Shown: piece by piece, positions 40,235-50,531 of the stretch
Numbering within the stretch: position 1 is the first letter of the stretch
Layout of the letters: every line of letters begins with the position of its first letter
Assembly: GCA_965263295.1 (NCBI GenBank)
Contig: OZ253665.1
Location: forward strand, 32,001-96,000
Source of the DNA: Spirochaetia bacterium
GTDB taxonomy: Bacteria > Spirochaetota > Spirochaetia > SP-2023
Direction: 5' to 3'
DNA length: 64,000 nt
Notes under the pieces: model-generated
Databases searched by the model: none
The model's input: the letters and a program-made list of their open reading frames with translations, nothing else
What the model was told of the DNA's origin: nothing
Made by a program: the position numbers and the translations under genes

Positions 40235-41790
40235 GCCCAAACTCCCGATGCTTATATACTTCTGCCTTGACTCCTCCTCCGGGAATGATCTTTGACGAGG
40301 CTATTGCGACAACCTTTTCAATGGACCCAGCTTTGCTGCTTGAGGCTCCGGTTTACTTAGCGCTAATGGCAGCGGATGGACAGTCAGACCCTGACCCTTT
40401 ATCCGTACTTGAAGCAATCCGAAGATACTCGAAAAGAATTACCGTCTATGTACAAAAGGGACGGATTCAAGTCCCTCAGATTACCAAACCGAACCCCTTG
40501 TTTGGATTTCTGGAAGAAATGGTTGTTGAGGTAACGGCTCCGGGTGGGGGTGTTTTTCATCCAAAGATTTGGGCGATCCGTTTTGTCAGTCCTGACCAAA
40601 GTAGCTCGATGTATCGTCTGGTGGTACTGACAAGGAATATGACCACCGATCAGTCATGGGATCTATCACTTCAACTCGAAGGAACTATTGCAGGCCGCAA
40701 ATCCAAATCAAATAAGCCGCTATTGCATTTTTTTAAGGCGCTTCCTGACCTGGCTTCCGGAACGATAGCATCGGAAAGAATCGAGCAGTCTTTTAGATTT
40801 GCAGATGAGCTGCACCGAGTTCAGTGGGAACTCCCCGATGGTTTTGACGAGCTGACCTTCTATCTTCCGGGAACGAAAGGTTTTGACTGGGAGCCTCCCA
40901 TGGCTAATCGGTTGGCGGTCATTTCGCCGTTTTGTTCTGATGAAGCCCTGCGACTATTGGCCCAAAAAAGTAAGGCCGCTGATGCGCTTATCTCACGTCC
41001 AGAATCATTGTCAGCCCTGAAGAAAGAGACTCTCGATCTCTTTACGCAATGCCTCCATTTAGACGATGCAGCGGAGACTGAGGATGGCGAGGAAGATGAT
41101 GCCACCGAGCAGCCGCTTGCGACCGGCCTCCATGCGAAAGTCTATCTGCTTGAGACCCGATACTATTCAGACTATACCCATGTGATAATGGGGTCAGCGA
41201 ATGCGACCAACGCGGCACTGAACGCTTCGAAAAATATTGAGATTCTGGTCGGGCTGGTTGGCAGGAAGAGTAAAATCGGAGGTATCGACGAGCTTCTTGG
41301 TACTGACGGCTTAGGAGAGTATCTTGTCGATTTCGACACGACCAAGGAAATCGAGGCAGATGTTATCAGGCAAAAAGCTGAGGAATCTGTTGAGCAGGCT
41401 CGTTCCCTGATATCTGAAACAGCACTGTCTGTTAAGTGTAACCTTGGCTCAAAGGATGGCCTATGGGATTTGGTTTTGATTGGAAAAATCCCATCCCTTA
41501 AAGGAATTGTCAACGCTTGTGCATGGCCGATAACTGTCATGAAAGATTTTGCGGTCGACATTTTGGGGAATGATGATCACGGCATGATTAGCCTTGGTGA
41601 GTTCTCAGCCTCTTCCGTGACCGGCCTTATTGCCTTTGAGCTTAAATCAAATCATCCTGATGTTACGGCAAGATTTGTACTTAACCTTCCCGTAACAGTC
41701 ATTCCTGCTGAACGTAACTCTGCCATTTTGCAAACAATAATCAGCAATCAGGATGGATTCCTTCGTTACCTTATGCTCTTGCTTGGGGAT
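40228..41790 (+). pseudogene. Phospholipase-D-family nuclease-like protein, 3'-truncated (ORF continues into the glgB fragment to 42252)
   Basis: Two HxK motifs, FHPKIW and LHAKVY...GSANAT; sequence character changes at FLRYLMLLLGD. Confidence 0.78.
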
Positions 41791-42252
41791 GAGTTCGGGC
41801 ACCCCGAATGGATTGATTTTCCGCGCGAAGGCAACAAGTGGAGCTACCACCATTCGCGCCGCATGTGGAGCCTGGCCTTCCGCGAGGATCTCTTGTTTGC
41901 CGGCCTGCGATTGTTTGAAGAGGACATGCAGGCCTTGCTGCGCAACGAAGGGACGCTGCGTCACGCGATCGACTGGTTGCACTTGTACGACCATGATAAA
42001 GTGATTTGCTTTCGCCGCGGAAGTTTGCTGTTCGTGTTCAACTTTCACCCGACGCAAGCCCTAAAGGACTACCGGGTGCCCGCGCCGCTGGCCGAGTATG
42101 AAATTGCTTTGTGCAGTGACGCCGCGCGTTACAGCGGTTTTGGCCTGCTCGATTTATCCCACCGTTACCACAGCCAGCGGAACGCGGATGGCGCTAGCTT
42201 TGTGCCGGTCTATTTGCCCCCGCGGCAGGTCTTGGCCTTGAGGGCCCTGTAG
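41785..42252 (+). pseudogene. glgB: 3' fragment of 1,4-alpha-glucan branching enzyme
   Basis: G.EFGHPEWIDFPREGN.WSY..SRR.W, DKVI.F.RG.LLFVFNFHP, SD..RYSGFG, YLPPR; codon style returns to host-like higher GC. Confidence 0.88.
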
Positions 42253-42279
42253 CCAGTATACAAAATATGACAAATAGGC

Positions 42280-42308
42280 TGGACAAACGCCAAAAAAAGA
42301 CTTACAAT
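42280..42308 (+). promoter_or_regulatory. Putative sigma70 promoter of the surface lipoprotein gene
   Basis: TGGACA-17 bp-TACAAT followed by an AT-rich leader. Confidence 0.6.
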
Positions 42309-42470
42309 TTAAATATATTAGTCAGCAAATTAATTAAGCATTAGAATTAATCAAACAATAAGAATTAATACGGGCCGCAATTGGCCGCGCCAGAAATTAT
42401 TACATGCCATAATTACATAACAAAAAAAATATTTATATTGTCAAAGCTCTAATTATCGGGGGTTGGACCC

Positions 42471-45400
42471 ATGTTCCAGCGAATAGTGGAAAACATAGCC
42501 GCAAAAATATTGCAAAGAGTGGCAGGCGGGCGCTTGGCATTTTGGCGTTGGCCAAATGTTTCGGGGTTTTTTAGTGCCTTGAGCTTTCTCGCCGTGCTTG
42601 GCCTCGGCGCCTGTAACGACTTCACAATGCCCGATCCCAGTGACGGCGTAGCCGCCGGCCAAGCCTACATCGTGGTTAAAAATACCACTGCTGAGGAGCT
42701 GCTCATTGGCCTGGATGAAAATGCCGACGACCAGGGCGCGCTCAACGATGAGCGCAGAACATTGTCTGTGGGTGCAGAGGAAGAGTTTGAAGTCGAAATT
42801 CCCGGCGACTCCCGTAAGGTCTGGCTCAAGCTGCCGGGCTATGCCGCCGAACCTATCAAGCTCAGGTCGAAAGAATTTAAAAAAATTACCGCGGATAGAG
42901 TCTACAGCTGCGTCAATATGGAATTTAGCAGCTACACCACGAGCGGTAAAGGGATAAAAATTGTCCCCGACGACCCCGAAAAAATTGCCGGCAGCTCTGT
43001 GGTCTATCCAGATGAGGAGGGTGGTTGCCCGGCATTTGCGCAAAATCTTATCACAAGCACCGCAAACGCAGCCGGGGAGAACGAATTTAGCATAGAAGAT
43101 GGGACGCGGGGTCAGGAAATAATAAAAGAATTTTCGATTGTGATTAGAGCAGACTACGAAGCGAAAGTGCGTTTTGAAAAGTTGGGGGACTTGATCGGAT
43201 TCCGCTACCAGAGCGACAAGTCCCTGGTTGACCTGACCAAGGACGGGGCAACAGACGGAGCGTTGGAATTGCAAATGACAAAGGACCCTCATAAATTTGT
43301 GCAGGAAAATGCGTTGCCAGAGCTTGAGCTTGAGTTTGTTGTGGACGGCACGGCGGCGGAAATATCTTTTGATGACAAGGAGAACTGGATTAGGCTCCCT
43401 GACATTGATACACCGACAGAACAAAAGTTTGAGGTGCGGTATTGGGACGCAGACGGCGATGAGCTGGGCTACCTCTTGATGGCCAATGTCAAGGCTTCGG
43501 ATAAAAATGGCTTCGATTTGCCCAGGACAGAAGAAGTCGAAGGAGAAGGAGTCGAAAAAGAAGAAGTCGAAGCAGGAAATAAGATAGCTGATCCAGAAAG
43601 TGTCAAAAAAGAAAATTATACTAAAGATCAGCCTATAACTTATGAATTGAAATTGTATTCGCCGGTAAAGGGTAAGTCAGAGATTGCAAATATGAGCCGC
43701 GATCAGCGCCACAGGGTGGAAGTCACGGCGAGGGTGGACGATGGCATGAAGGATGGCCGGGGAAAAGCTGAGGTGACGCGGACGCTGTACGTCAACGTGG
43801 CGCCAGAGATTAATGCGTTGAAGTTTGGGGATGGCACGGATGTAAGTGACATTGTTGAGACTGAAAAGGATAATTGGCTGCAGCTGGATTCAGGCGATAA
43901 AACGAGTTTCTCGGTGGCGGCTACGGACGCAGACGACGGCACTGACTTGAGCTACAGCTGGACGGTCAACGATCAAGCGGTTGGAGAAAACAAAGACACT
44001 GTGGAGCTGGACCTGGGTTCGTTGGCCAAAGATCACAAGGTAGAAGTCTCGGTGACGGTGAGCGATGGCGTGGTAGAAGTTCCCGAAACGCGAACGCTGT
44101 ACGTGAATGTGGCACCGACGCAGCCGACGGAGATAAAAGAAGTCGAACGGGGCCAACTGGTACCGGGCGAATCGGCACGGAAGTACACGCTTGAGCTGGT
44201 CGGAGGCATGGATCCGGACGGCGATCAATTGGAATACGAGTGGAAAGTGAAGAACGGTATTAAGGATTTCGTTTTCAAACCAAGAGATTTGGTAAAGTCA
44301 CTAGAATATTCTAGCATAGTGACCGTGGAGTTGCCATTGAACGAAACGTATACAATTCGCGCCCGGCTGAAAGATGGATACGGAGGCGAGGTGGACTGGA
44401 CTGAGAAGAAAATTACGGTTGAGAACCTTGCGCCGAGGATTACGAATCTTTCGGGCAATGACAGCGTCTGGGACGATTATGAAAGCTGGATTCAGTTGGA
44501 TGCATTGGATAACCCTGTGCTAAAGACATTCACTGTGGCGGCTACTGACGACGACGACGATAATTTGACTTACATCTGGAAGGTCAATGATAGAGAGTAT
44601 AATCGGGACTCGTCGAAGAAGGGGGTTGTGAGCTTCTACTCGCCCATGTCTCCACATAAGGGCTTCAAGGATGACTCTGATGATGAGACAGATCCAAATA
44701 AGGCGCGCCACAAGGTGGTGGTTGCGGTGACGGTGAGCGATGGAGAAAAGGAAGCTACTGAACCAAAAGAGCGAACGTTGTACGTGAATGTGAAGCCGAC
44801 GCAGCCGACGGGGATAGAAGTCAAAGAACGGGACAAACTGCTAAAGAATCAGAAAACTGGCGAATGGGAGCGGAATTACACGCTTGAGCTGGTCGGAGGC
44901 ATGGATCCGGACGGCGATCAATTGGAATATGAGTGGGAGTACGTTGGTCCTACTACGGACAATATCGTTTTCAATCCAAGAGATTTGGTAAAGTCACTAG
45001 AATATTCTAAGATAGTGACCGTGGAGTTGCCATTGGGCCCGCATAAGATTCGCGCCCGGTTGAAAGATAAATACGGCGGCAAGGGCAAATGGTTTGAGGA
45101 GGAAATTACGGTTGGGAACCATGAGCCGACGATTACTGAACTGCAGTTTGGGGATGGCACGGATGTAAGTGACATTGTTGAGACTGAAAAGGATAATTGG
45201 CTGCAGCTGAATTCAGGCGAGGAAACGAGTTTCACTGTGGAGGCCGAAGACCTAGACGGAGATAATTTGACCTACAGCTGGACGGTCAATGGCGAGGAAC
45301 AGCAGGATAAAAAGACGGCGACTGTGGAGCTGGACGAGGACTTCTTGGCCTCCGCCTCCAAAAATAAAGGCCACAAGGTGGTGGTTGCGGTGACGGTGAG

Positions 45401-47081
45401 CGATGGTGCGGAAGGAAAAGATTCTCAAGAGCGAACGCTGTACGTCAACGTGGCGCCAGAGATTAAGACGTTGAAGTTTGCGGATGGCACGGATGTAAGC
45501 GACATTGGTGAGAATAACAAGGATGATTGGCTGCAGCTGGATTCAGGCGAGAAGACGAGTTTCACTGTGGCGGCTACGGACGCAGATGACGGCGCTGACT
45601 TGACTTACAGCTGGAAGGTCAACAACGAGGAACAGCAGGATAAAAAGACGGCGACTGTGGAGCTGGACCTGAGTTCGACCGGAGATCACAAGGTGGTGGT
45701 TGCGGTGACGGTGAGCGATGGTGCGGAAGAAAAAGATTCCCAAGCGCGAACGCTGTACGTGAATGTGGCGCCGACGCCGACGGAGATAAAAGCCACGCCG
45801 GGCAAACTGGTAGAGAAAAATCCTGGCTCATTGGCACGGAAGTACACGCTTGCGCTGGTCGGGGGCACGGATCCGGACGGCGATCAATTGGAATACGAGT
45901 GGGAGTACGTTGATCCTACTACGGACAAGATCGTTTTCACGCCAGAGAATTCCCGTAACGTGACCGTGATTCTGCCATTGAACCAAACGCATATAATTCG
46001 CGCCCGGCTGAAAGATGGACACAAAGGCAAGGGCGAATGGTTTGAGAAGGAAATTACGGTTGGGAACCATGCGCCGACGATTGACAAAATTAAAATCGAG
46101 AAAGATAACACGCAAGAAGTCCTGGAAAAGGATAAAAATATTTACACCCAGGATAATCCGCTGCAGCTGGATTCAGGCGAGAAAACGAGTTTCACTGTGG
46201 AGGCCGCAGACCCAGACGGCGATGATTTGACCTACAGCTGGACGGTCAACAACGAGGAACAGAAGGATAAAAAGACGGCGACTTTGGTGCTGGACCAGGA
46301 CTTCTTGGCCTCTGCCTCCAAAAATAAAGATCACAAGGTGGTGGTTGCGGTGAAGGTGAGCGACGGCGTGGTAGACAGTGAGCCATTAATGCGGACACTG
46401 TACGTCAACGTGGCGCCGAGGATTACGAGTCTTTGGGGCGAAGACAGCAAATGGGACGATGAGGCTAACAATTATAAGAGCTGGATTCAGTTGGATGCAT
46501 TGAATAGCGATGTGGAAACGGAATTTACTGTGGTGGCCGAAGACCTAGACGGCGATGATTTGACCTACACCTGGACGGTCAATGGCGAGGAAAAGAAGCA
46601 GGTCAGCGAGAGGTCTGTGGTTCTGAACCTCTACTCACCCATGAATGAAGCTAACGGCATCAAGGATAAATCTGAGACGGATTCAAATAAGAAGCGCCAC
46701 AAGTTGGTGGTTGCGGTGACGGTGAGCGATGGTGCGAAAGGAAAAGATTCCAAAGAGCGAACGCTGTACGTGAATGTGAGGCCGACGAAGCCAGAGATAC
46801 GAGTCGAGAGGCCGTCGAAGCCAGGGGAGAAGTACAGTTTTGAGTTAGTTTCGGGAATGGATCCGGATGATGATGACGTAAAATACGATTGGGACTTAAG
46901 CTTTTGGGACTCAAGCTCTACCATTCGATTTTTTGATATCGAGCTTCAGTCAGAGAAGTCTCTAGGGCAGTCCAGGAAAGTGACCGCGCCTGGGAGATTA
47001 AGTTTGCATCAGTGGATGATTCAGGCCCGGCTGATAGACCCGTACGGAGGCGAGGGGGACTATTCGGATTATGTGAACTAA
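42471..47081 (+). CDS. Large surface lipoprotein with ~10 Ig/cadherin-like repeats (putative adhesin)
   Basis: Lipobox LGLGA-C; repeated ~95-120-aa modules with DxDGD, L.Y.W.VN, HKVVVAVTVSDG, RTLYVNV.P. Confidence 0.85.
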   Translation: MFQRIVENIAAKILQRVAGGRLAFWRWPNVSGFFSALSFLAVLGLGACNDFTMPDPSDGVAAGQAYIVVKNTTAEELLIGLDENADDQGALNDERRTLSVGAEEEFEVEIPGDSRKVWLKLPGYAAEPIKLRSKEFKKITADRVYSCVNMEFSSYTTSGKGIKIVPDDPEKIAGSSVVYPDEEGGCPAFAQNLITSTANAAGENEFSIEDGTRGQEIIKEFSIVIRADYEAKVRFEKLGDLIGFRYQSDKSLVDLTKDGATDGALELQMTKDPHKFVQENALPELELEFVVDGTAAEISFDDKENWIRLPDIDTPTEQKFEVRYWDADGDELGYLLMANVKASDKNGFDLPRTEEVEGEGVEKEEVEAGNKIADPESVKKENYTKDQPITYELKLYSPVKGKSEIANMSRDQRHRVEVTARVDDGMKDGRGKAEVTRTLYVNVAPEINALKFGDGTDVSDIVETEKDNWLQLDSGDKTSFSVAATDADDGTDLSYSWTVNDQAVGENKDTVELDLGSLAKDHKVEVSVTVSDGVVEVPETRTLYVNVAPTQPTEIKEVERGQLVPGESARKYTLELVGGMDPDGDQLEYEWKVKNGIKDFVFKPRDLVKSLEYSSIVTVELPLNETYTIRARLKDGYGGEVDWTEKKITVENLAPRITNLSGNDSVWDDYESWIQLDALDNPVLKTFTVAATDDDDDNLTYIWKVNDREYNRDSSKKGVVSFYSPMSPHKGFKDDSDDETDPNKARHKVVVAVTVSDGEKEATEPKERTLYVNVKPTQPTGIEVKERDKLLKNQKTGEWERNYTLELVGGMDPDGDQLEYEWEYVGPTTDNIVFNPRDLVKSLEYSKIVTVELPLGPHKIRARLKDKYGGKGKWFEEEITVGNHEPTITELQFGDGTDVSDIVETEKDNWLQLNSGEETSFTVEAEDLDGDNLTYSWTVNGEEQQDKKTATVELDEDFLASASKNKGHKVVVAVTVSDGAEGKDSQERTLYVNVAPEIKTLKFADGTDVSDIGENNKDDWLQLDSGEKTSFTVAATDADDGADLTYSWKVNNEEQQDKKTATVELDLSSTGDHKVVVAVTVSDGAEEKDSQARTLYVNVAPTPTEIKATPGKLVEKNPGSLARKYTLALVGGTDPDGDQLEYEWEYVDPTTDKIVFTPENSRNVTVILPLNQTHIIRARLKDGHKGKGEWFEKEITVGNHAPTIDKIKIEKDNTQEVLEKDKNIYTQDNPLQLDSGEKTSFTVEAADPDGDDLTYSWTVNNEEQKDKKTATLVLDQDFLASASKNKDHKVVVAVKVSDGVVDSEPLMRTLYVNVAPRITSLWGEDSKWDDEANNYKSWIQLDALNSDVETEFTVVAEDLDGDDLTYTWTVNGEEKKQVSERSVVLNLYSPMNEANGIKDKSETDSNKKRHKLVVAVTVSDGAKGKDSKERTLYVNVRPTKPEIRVERPSKPGEKYSFELVSGMDPDDDDVKYDWDLSFWDSSSTIRFFDIELQSEKSLGQSRKVTAPGRLSLHQWMIQARLIDPYGGEGDYSDYVN

Positions 47082-47227
47082 AGTCATCGGAGCAGGCTTT
47101 TAATCTGAGCATTCCGATTGGCACAGATAAACACCTTGTGCGGGTGCGGGTCGCGGATGAGCACGGTGGCTTCGCCGAGAAGACTTACAAATTAGAGAAT
47201 GATGTTGACTATGATTTCGACCATTGA
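47076..47227 (+). pseudogene. Out-of-frame leftover C-terminal module of the surface protein
   Basis: ELKSSEQAFNLSIPIGTDKHLVRVRVADEHGGFAEK resembles the second half of the repeat modules. Confidence 0.55.
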
Positions 47228-47303
47228 TGGCTGATATTTACTCTTGAACTTGAACGCATGCCAGCTGGCGTGAATTCCTGCCAGCTGGTATGACAAGCCG
47301 CGC

Positions 47304-47336
47304 AAGCGAGTAGCCTTTAAGGTTGCTCGCTTTTTT
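47304..47336 (+). terminator. Rho-independent terminator
   Basis: aagcgagtagcc-tttaa-ggttgctcgctt followed by a T run. Confidence 0.75.
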
Positions 47337-47518
47337 CGTGGTTACTAGGCCAGGGACCACGAAAAGCACGAAAGACGGCGAAAGGTCACGAAATTTAGGC
47401 TGGGGGGTTGGCAGACAGACAAATGGAATGGCCGCAAAAACATCCGCGCAATGCCGAATGTTTTGACAGTTTTAGGGCGTGTTGACATTAATCATATCAA
47501 TGATAAGAGCAAATTTTA

Positions 47519-47572
47519 TGAATGCTTTGATTTTATTAAGTTTTTTAAAACTTAATAAAATCAAAGCATTCA
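47519..47572. repeat. Perfect 26-bp inverted repeat with a 2-nt centre
   Basis: tgaatgctttgattttattaagtttt-tt-aaaacttaataaaatcaaagcattca. Confidence 0.92.
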
Positions 47573-47942
47573 GGGTGAATCATTGTCAATAATGAAGATA
47601 ATACCGCTCATGAGACTTTTGTCATCGTGCCTGGGAGAATTGTGTGACTTTGGGAAATCGAGTTTAAGGCGCGACATTTGCTAAGCGCTCAACCAAAATA
47701 GATTGTTCATGGGAAGGTTTCGTTTTAGGAATATTTCACTTTGCTCGCCTGAATTCAAAGGGTCTTGAGCTTAAATTAAGTGCATTAACCTACGACAAAA
47801 GCGCGAAACCAGGCGGCTTAAGTTGCCGATCCCTAGCCTTTTCTCTATACTTTGCAAAGCATGCCCAGAATGTAGCCAATTGAGACCGTAATTAATTATT
47901 GGATACTTTAAATAATTTGTAATCCTAAGAAAAGAGTTAAGA

Positions 47943-49145
47943 ATGAACATCCTTAAAAAATATTCAAAACTTATTTTGGCCTGTTTTGTCAGTTTCTGTC
48001 TGCTTTTCATACTGGCATTCCTCAATGGTTGTCAAAAAATGTCGGTATACAATATTGGCTTTATGGGGCCATTGAGCGGCGCCGGATCAAACCATGGTAT
48101 CCTTCAAGCTAAGGCCGTGGAAATGGCGGTGGCAGAGTTCAATATATTACAGGAAGTGCATGGATATCGGGTTGGACTAATTATCAAAGATTCCGAGGGT
48201 GACCCCGAAGTTGCGGTCAAAGCGGCTGAAAAGATGTTACAGGAGGACAAAATTGTGGCCTTGCTGGGGCCTGGTTTCCCTAGTGTCGCTTTGAAAGTTG
48301 CCGATCTGCTGCTGCGCGCTCAGGTGCCCATGATTTCTGGGTCCGCCGCCAATTTAGAACTGACGGCCAAAAGCCCTTATATTTTCCTTACTATTAACAA
48401 TAGTCAATTGCATTCAATGGTCTTGGGACCATATGTCGCCAATATTCTGGGCCATGGCAGCATGGCAATCCTACATTACAGCGACACTCAGAGTGTCAGC
48501 GCTTTGTTAGCCCAGGATTTAGCGCAAAGATACGAGCTTGCCGGCGGCAAGATCACACTTTCCTTGGAGACTGAACGCCAAAAGACAGGATACCGCGACG
48601 AATTGGAACGGCTGCGCGGCACTCGCCCCGAAGCCTTGTTTTTGCCCAATCTTATAGCTGATACCTTAACAATGCTGCAAGATCTGCGAGAAATGGGTTG
48701 GGATGTGCCGGTAATCAGTATTGATATGGGTGGATTTAATTCTGATGAACTGATTGAAACATTGGGAAACTTGGTGGGAGAAGCCATCTTCACTGCCGAT
48801 CTGATTCCGCGATCACCTGTGACAATCGACTTCAGAAATCGCTTTCAGACTCTTTACGGCATGGAGCCTGACAATTTTACTTATAATATTTACGATGCGG
48901 CCAATATTGTTTTGGGGGCAATAAACACTGCCCATAATGACAAAACAAATTTATTCAATGGTGCATTAATTCGCCAATATATTCAGCAAACAAAAGACTA
49001 TCCCGGTGTCTCTGGTTCAATCACCTTTAGCCAGTCCGGCGATGTTACCTCCAAAGCAGTCACCTTGCTGCAGGTACAAGGTAAGAGCGTTACGAGCCTG
49101 GGTAATTTTACGGTGGTCGGCGACCAAGTAATTATGTTGCCTTAA
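47943..49145 (+). CDS. LivJ/LivK-type (Peripla_BP_6) binding lipoprotein, copy 1
   Basis: Lipobox FLNG-C, IGFMGPLSG, DSEGDP..AV, YDAA, YPGVSG.I.F...GD. Confidence 0.88.
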   Translation: MNILKKYSKLILACFVSFCLLFILAFLNGCQKMSVYNIGFMGPLSGAGSNHGILQAKAVEMAVAEFNILQEVHGYRVGLIIKDSEGDPEVAVKAAEKMLQEDKIVALLGPGFPSVALKVADLLLRAQVPMISGSAANLELTAKSPYIFLTINNSQLHSMVLGPYVANILGHGSMAILHYSDTQSVSALLAQDLAQRYELAGGKITLSLETERQKTGYRDELERLRGTRPEALFLPNLIADTLTMLQDLREMGWDVPVISIDMGGFNSDELIETLGNLVGEAIFTADLIPRSPVTIDFRNRFQTLYGMEPDNFTYNIYDAANIVLGAINTAHNDKTNLFNGALIRQYIQQTKDYPGVSGSITFSQSGDVTSKAVTLLQVQGKSVTSLGNFTVVGDQVIMLP

Positions 49146-49238
49146 TCAGGTATGGTGCAGTGGATGGTACGCGAACAGACGCTCAGACGGAATAACTTGC
49201 AAATAGATAAGGGGAATGAAGTTCCAAGGTTTCCCAAA

Positions 49239-50438
49239 ATGAAAATTTCAAAAAAATATTCAGGGCACATTCTGGCTTGTTTTGTCCCCTTCTATCTGTT
49301 TTTCATACTGACATTCCTCAACAGTTGCCAAAAAACGCCGGTATACAATATTGGCTTTATGGGGCCATTGAGCGGCGCCGGATCAAACTATGGTATCCTT
49401 CAAGCAAAGGCCGTGGAAATGGCGGTGGCAGAGTTCAATACACTACAGAAAGTGCATGGATATCGAGTTGGACTCATTATTAAAGATTCCGAGGGTGACC
49501 TCGAAGTTGCGGTAAAAGCCGTTGAAAAGATGTTGCAGGAGGACAAGATTGTGGCCTTGCTGGGGCCTGGTTTCCCTAGGGTCGCTTTTAAAGTTGCCAA
49601 CCTGTTGCTGCGCGCTCAGGTGCCCATGATTTCGGGCTCCGCCGCCAATACAGACCTGACGGCCAAAAGCCCCTATATTTTCCTTACTATTAACAATAGT
49701 CAATTGCATTCAATGGTCCTGGGGCCATATGTCGCCAACATTCTGGGCCATGGCAGCATGGCAATCTTACATTACAGCAACGCTCAGAGTGTCAGCGCTT
49801 TGTTAGCCCAAGATTTAGCGCACAGATACGAGCTTGCCGGCGGCAAGGTCACGCTTTCCCTGGGGACTGAACACCAAAAGACAGGATACCGCGACGAATT
49901 GGAGCGACTGCGCGGCACTCGGCCCGAAGCTCTGTTTTTGCCCAATATTATGGCCGACAACTTAACAATGCTAGAGAATCTGCGAGAAATGGGTTGGGAC
50001 GTGCCGGTAATTAGTATTGATCTAGGTGGATTTAATTTTGATGAACTGCTTGAAACAGAGGTGAACCTGGCGGGAGGGGTCATCTTCAGTGCCAGCCTGA
50101 TTCCGCAGTCACCTGTGAAAATCGAATTTAGAAAGCGCTTTCAGGCTCTTTACGGCATGGAACCGGACAATTTTACGTATAATATTTACGATGCAGCCAA
50201 TATTGTTCTGGGGGCAATAAAAAGAGCACACGAAACGGAATTAACTCCAATCAATGGTTCATCCATTCGCAAATACATCCAGAAAACAAGAAATTATCCC
50301 GGCGTCTCTGGTAAGATCAACTTTGACCAGTCTGGGAATGTGCTCAAAGCAGTTACCTTGATGCAGGTTCAGGGCAAGAGCTTGGTGACCTTGGGCAATT
50401 TTACGGTAAGCGGCGAACAAGTGATTATGTTGCCTTAA
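49239..50438 (+). CDS. LivJ/LivK-type binding lipoprotein, copy 2
   Basis: Close paralogue of copy 1; start set at ATG 49239 by alignment with copy 1. Confidence 0.88.
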   Translation: MKISKKYSGHILACFVPFYLFFILTFLNSCQKTPVYNIGFMGPLSGAGSNYGILQAKAVEMAVAEFNTLQKVHGYRVGLIIKDSEGDLEVAVKAVEKMLQEDKIVALLGPGFPRVAFKVANLLLRAQVPMISGSAANTDLTAKSPYIFLTINNSQLHSMVLGPYVANILGHGSMAILHYSNAQSVSALLAQDLAHRYELAGGKVTLSLGTEHQKTGYRDELERLRGTRPEALFLPNIMADNLTMLENLREMGWDVPVISIDLGGFNFDELLETEVNLAGGVIFSASLIPQSPVKIEFRKRFQALYGMEPDNFTYNIYDAANIVLGAIKRAHETELTPINGSSIRKYIQKTRNYPGVSGKINFDQSGNVLKAVTLMQVQGKSLVTLGNFTVSGEQVIMLP

Positions 50439-50531
50439 TCAGGTATGATGCCATGAATGGTACAGAAACAGACACTCAGGCGGAATAATTTGCGGCAAGA
50501 TAAGGGGACCAAAGTTCCACAGTTTTCCAAA

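Larger units (their letters stand above)
18451..41790. mobile_element. Degenerate tmRNA-adjacent defence island (integrase and right attachment site missing)
   Basis: Starts right after ssrA; dense R-M/defence cargo, excisionase-like HTH and prophage fragments; ends in an abrupt fusion to a glgB fragment. Confidence 0.75.

Noticed and set aside
18451..41790. Intact, mobile prophage or ICE
   Set aside because: No integrase, structural or conjugation genes, and no second copy of the ssrA 3' end seen
42453..43424. 323-aa minus-strand ORF
   Set aside because: Antisense shadow of the surface lipoprotein with no recognisable motifs
47345..47395. cacgaaa-like short repeats
   Set aside because: Irregular and few; no supportable function
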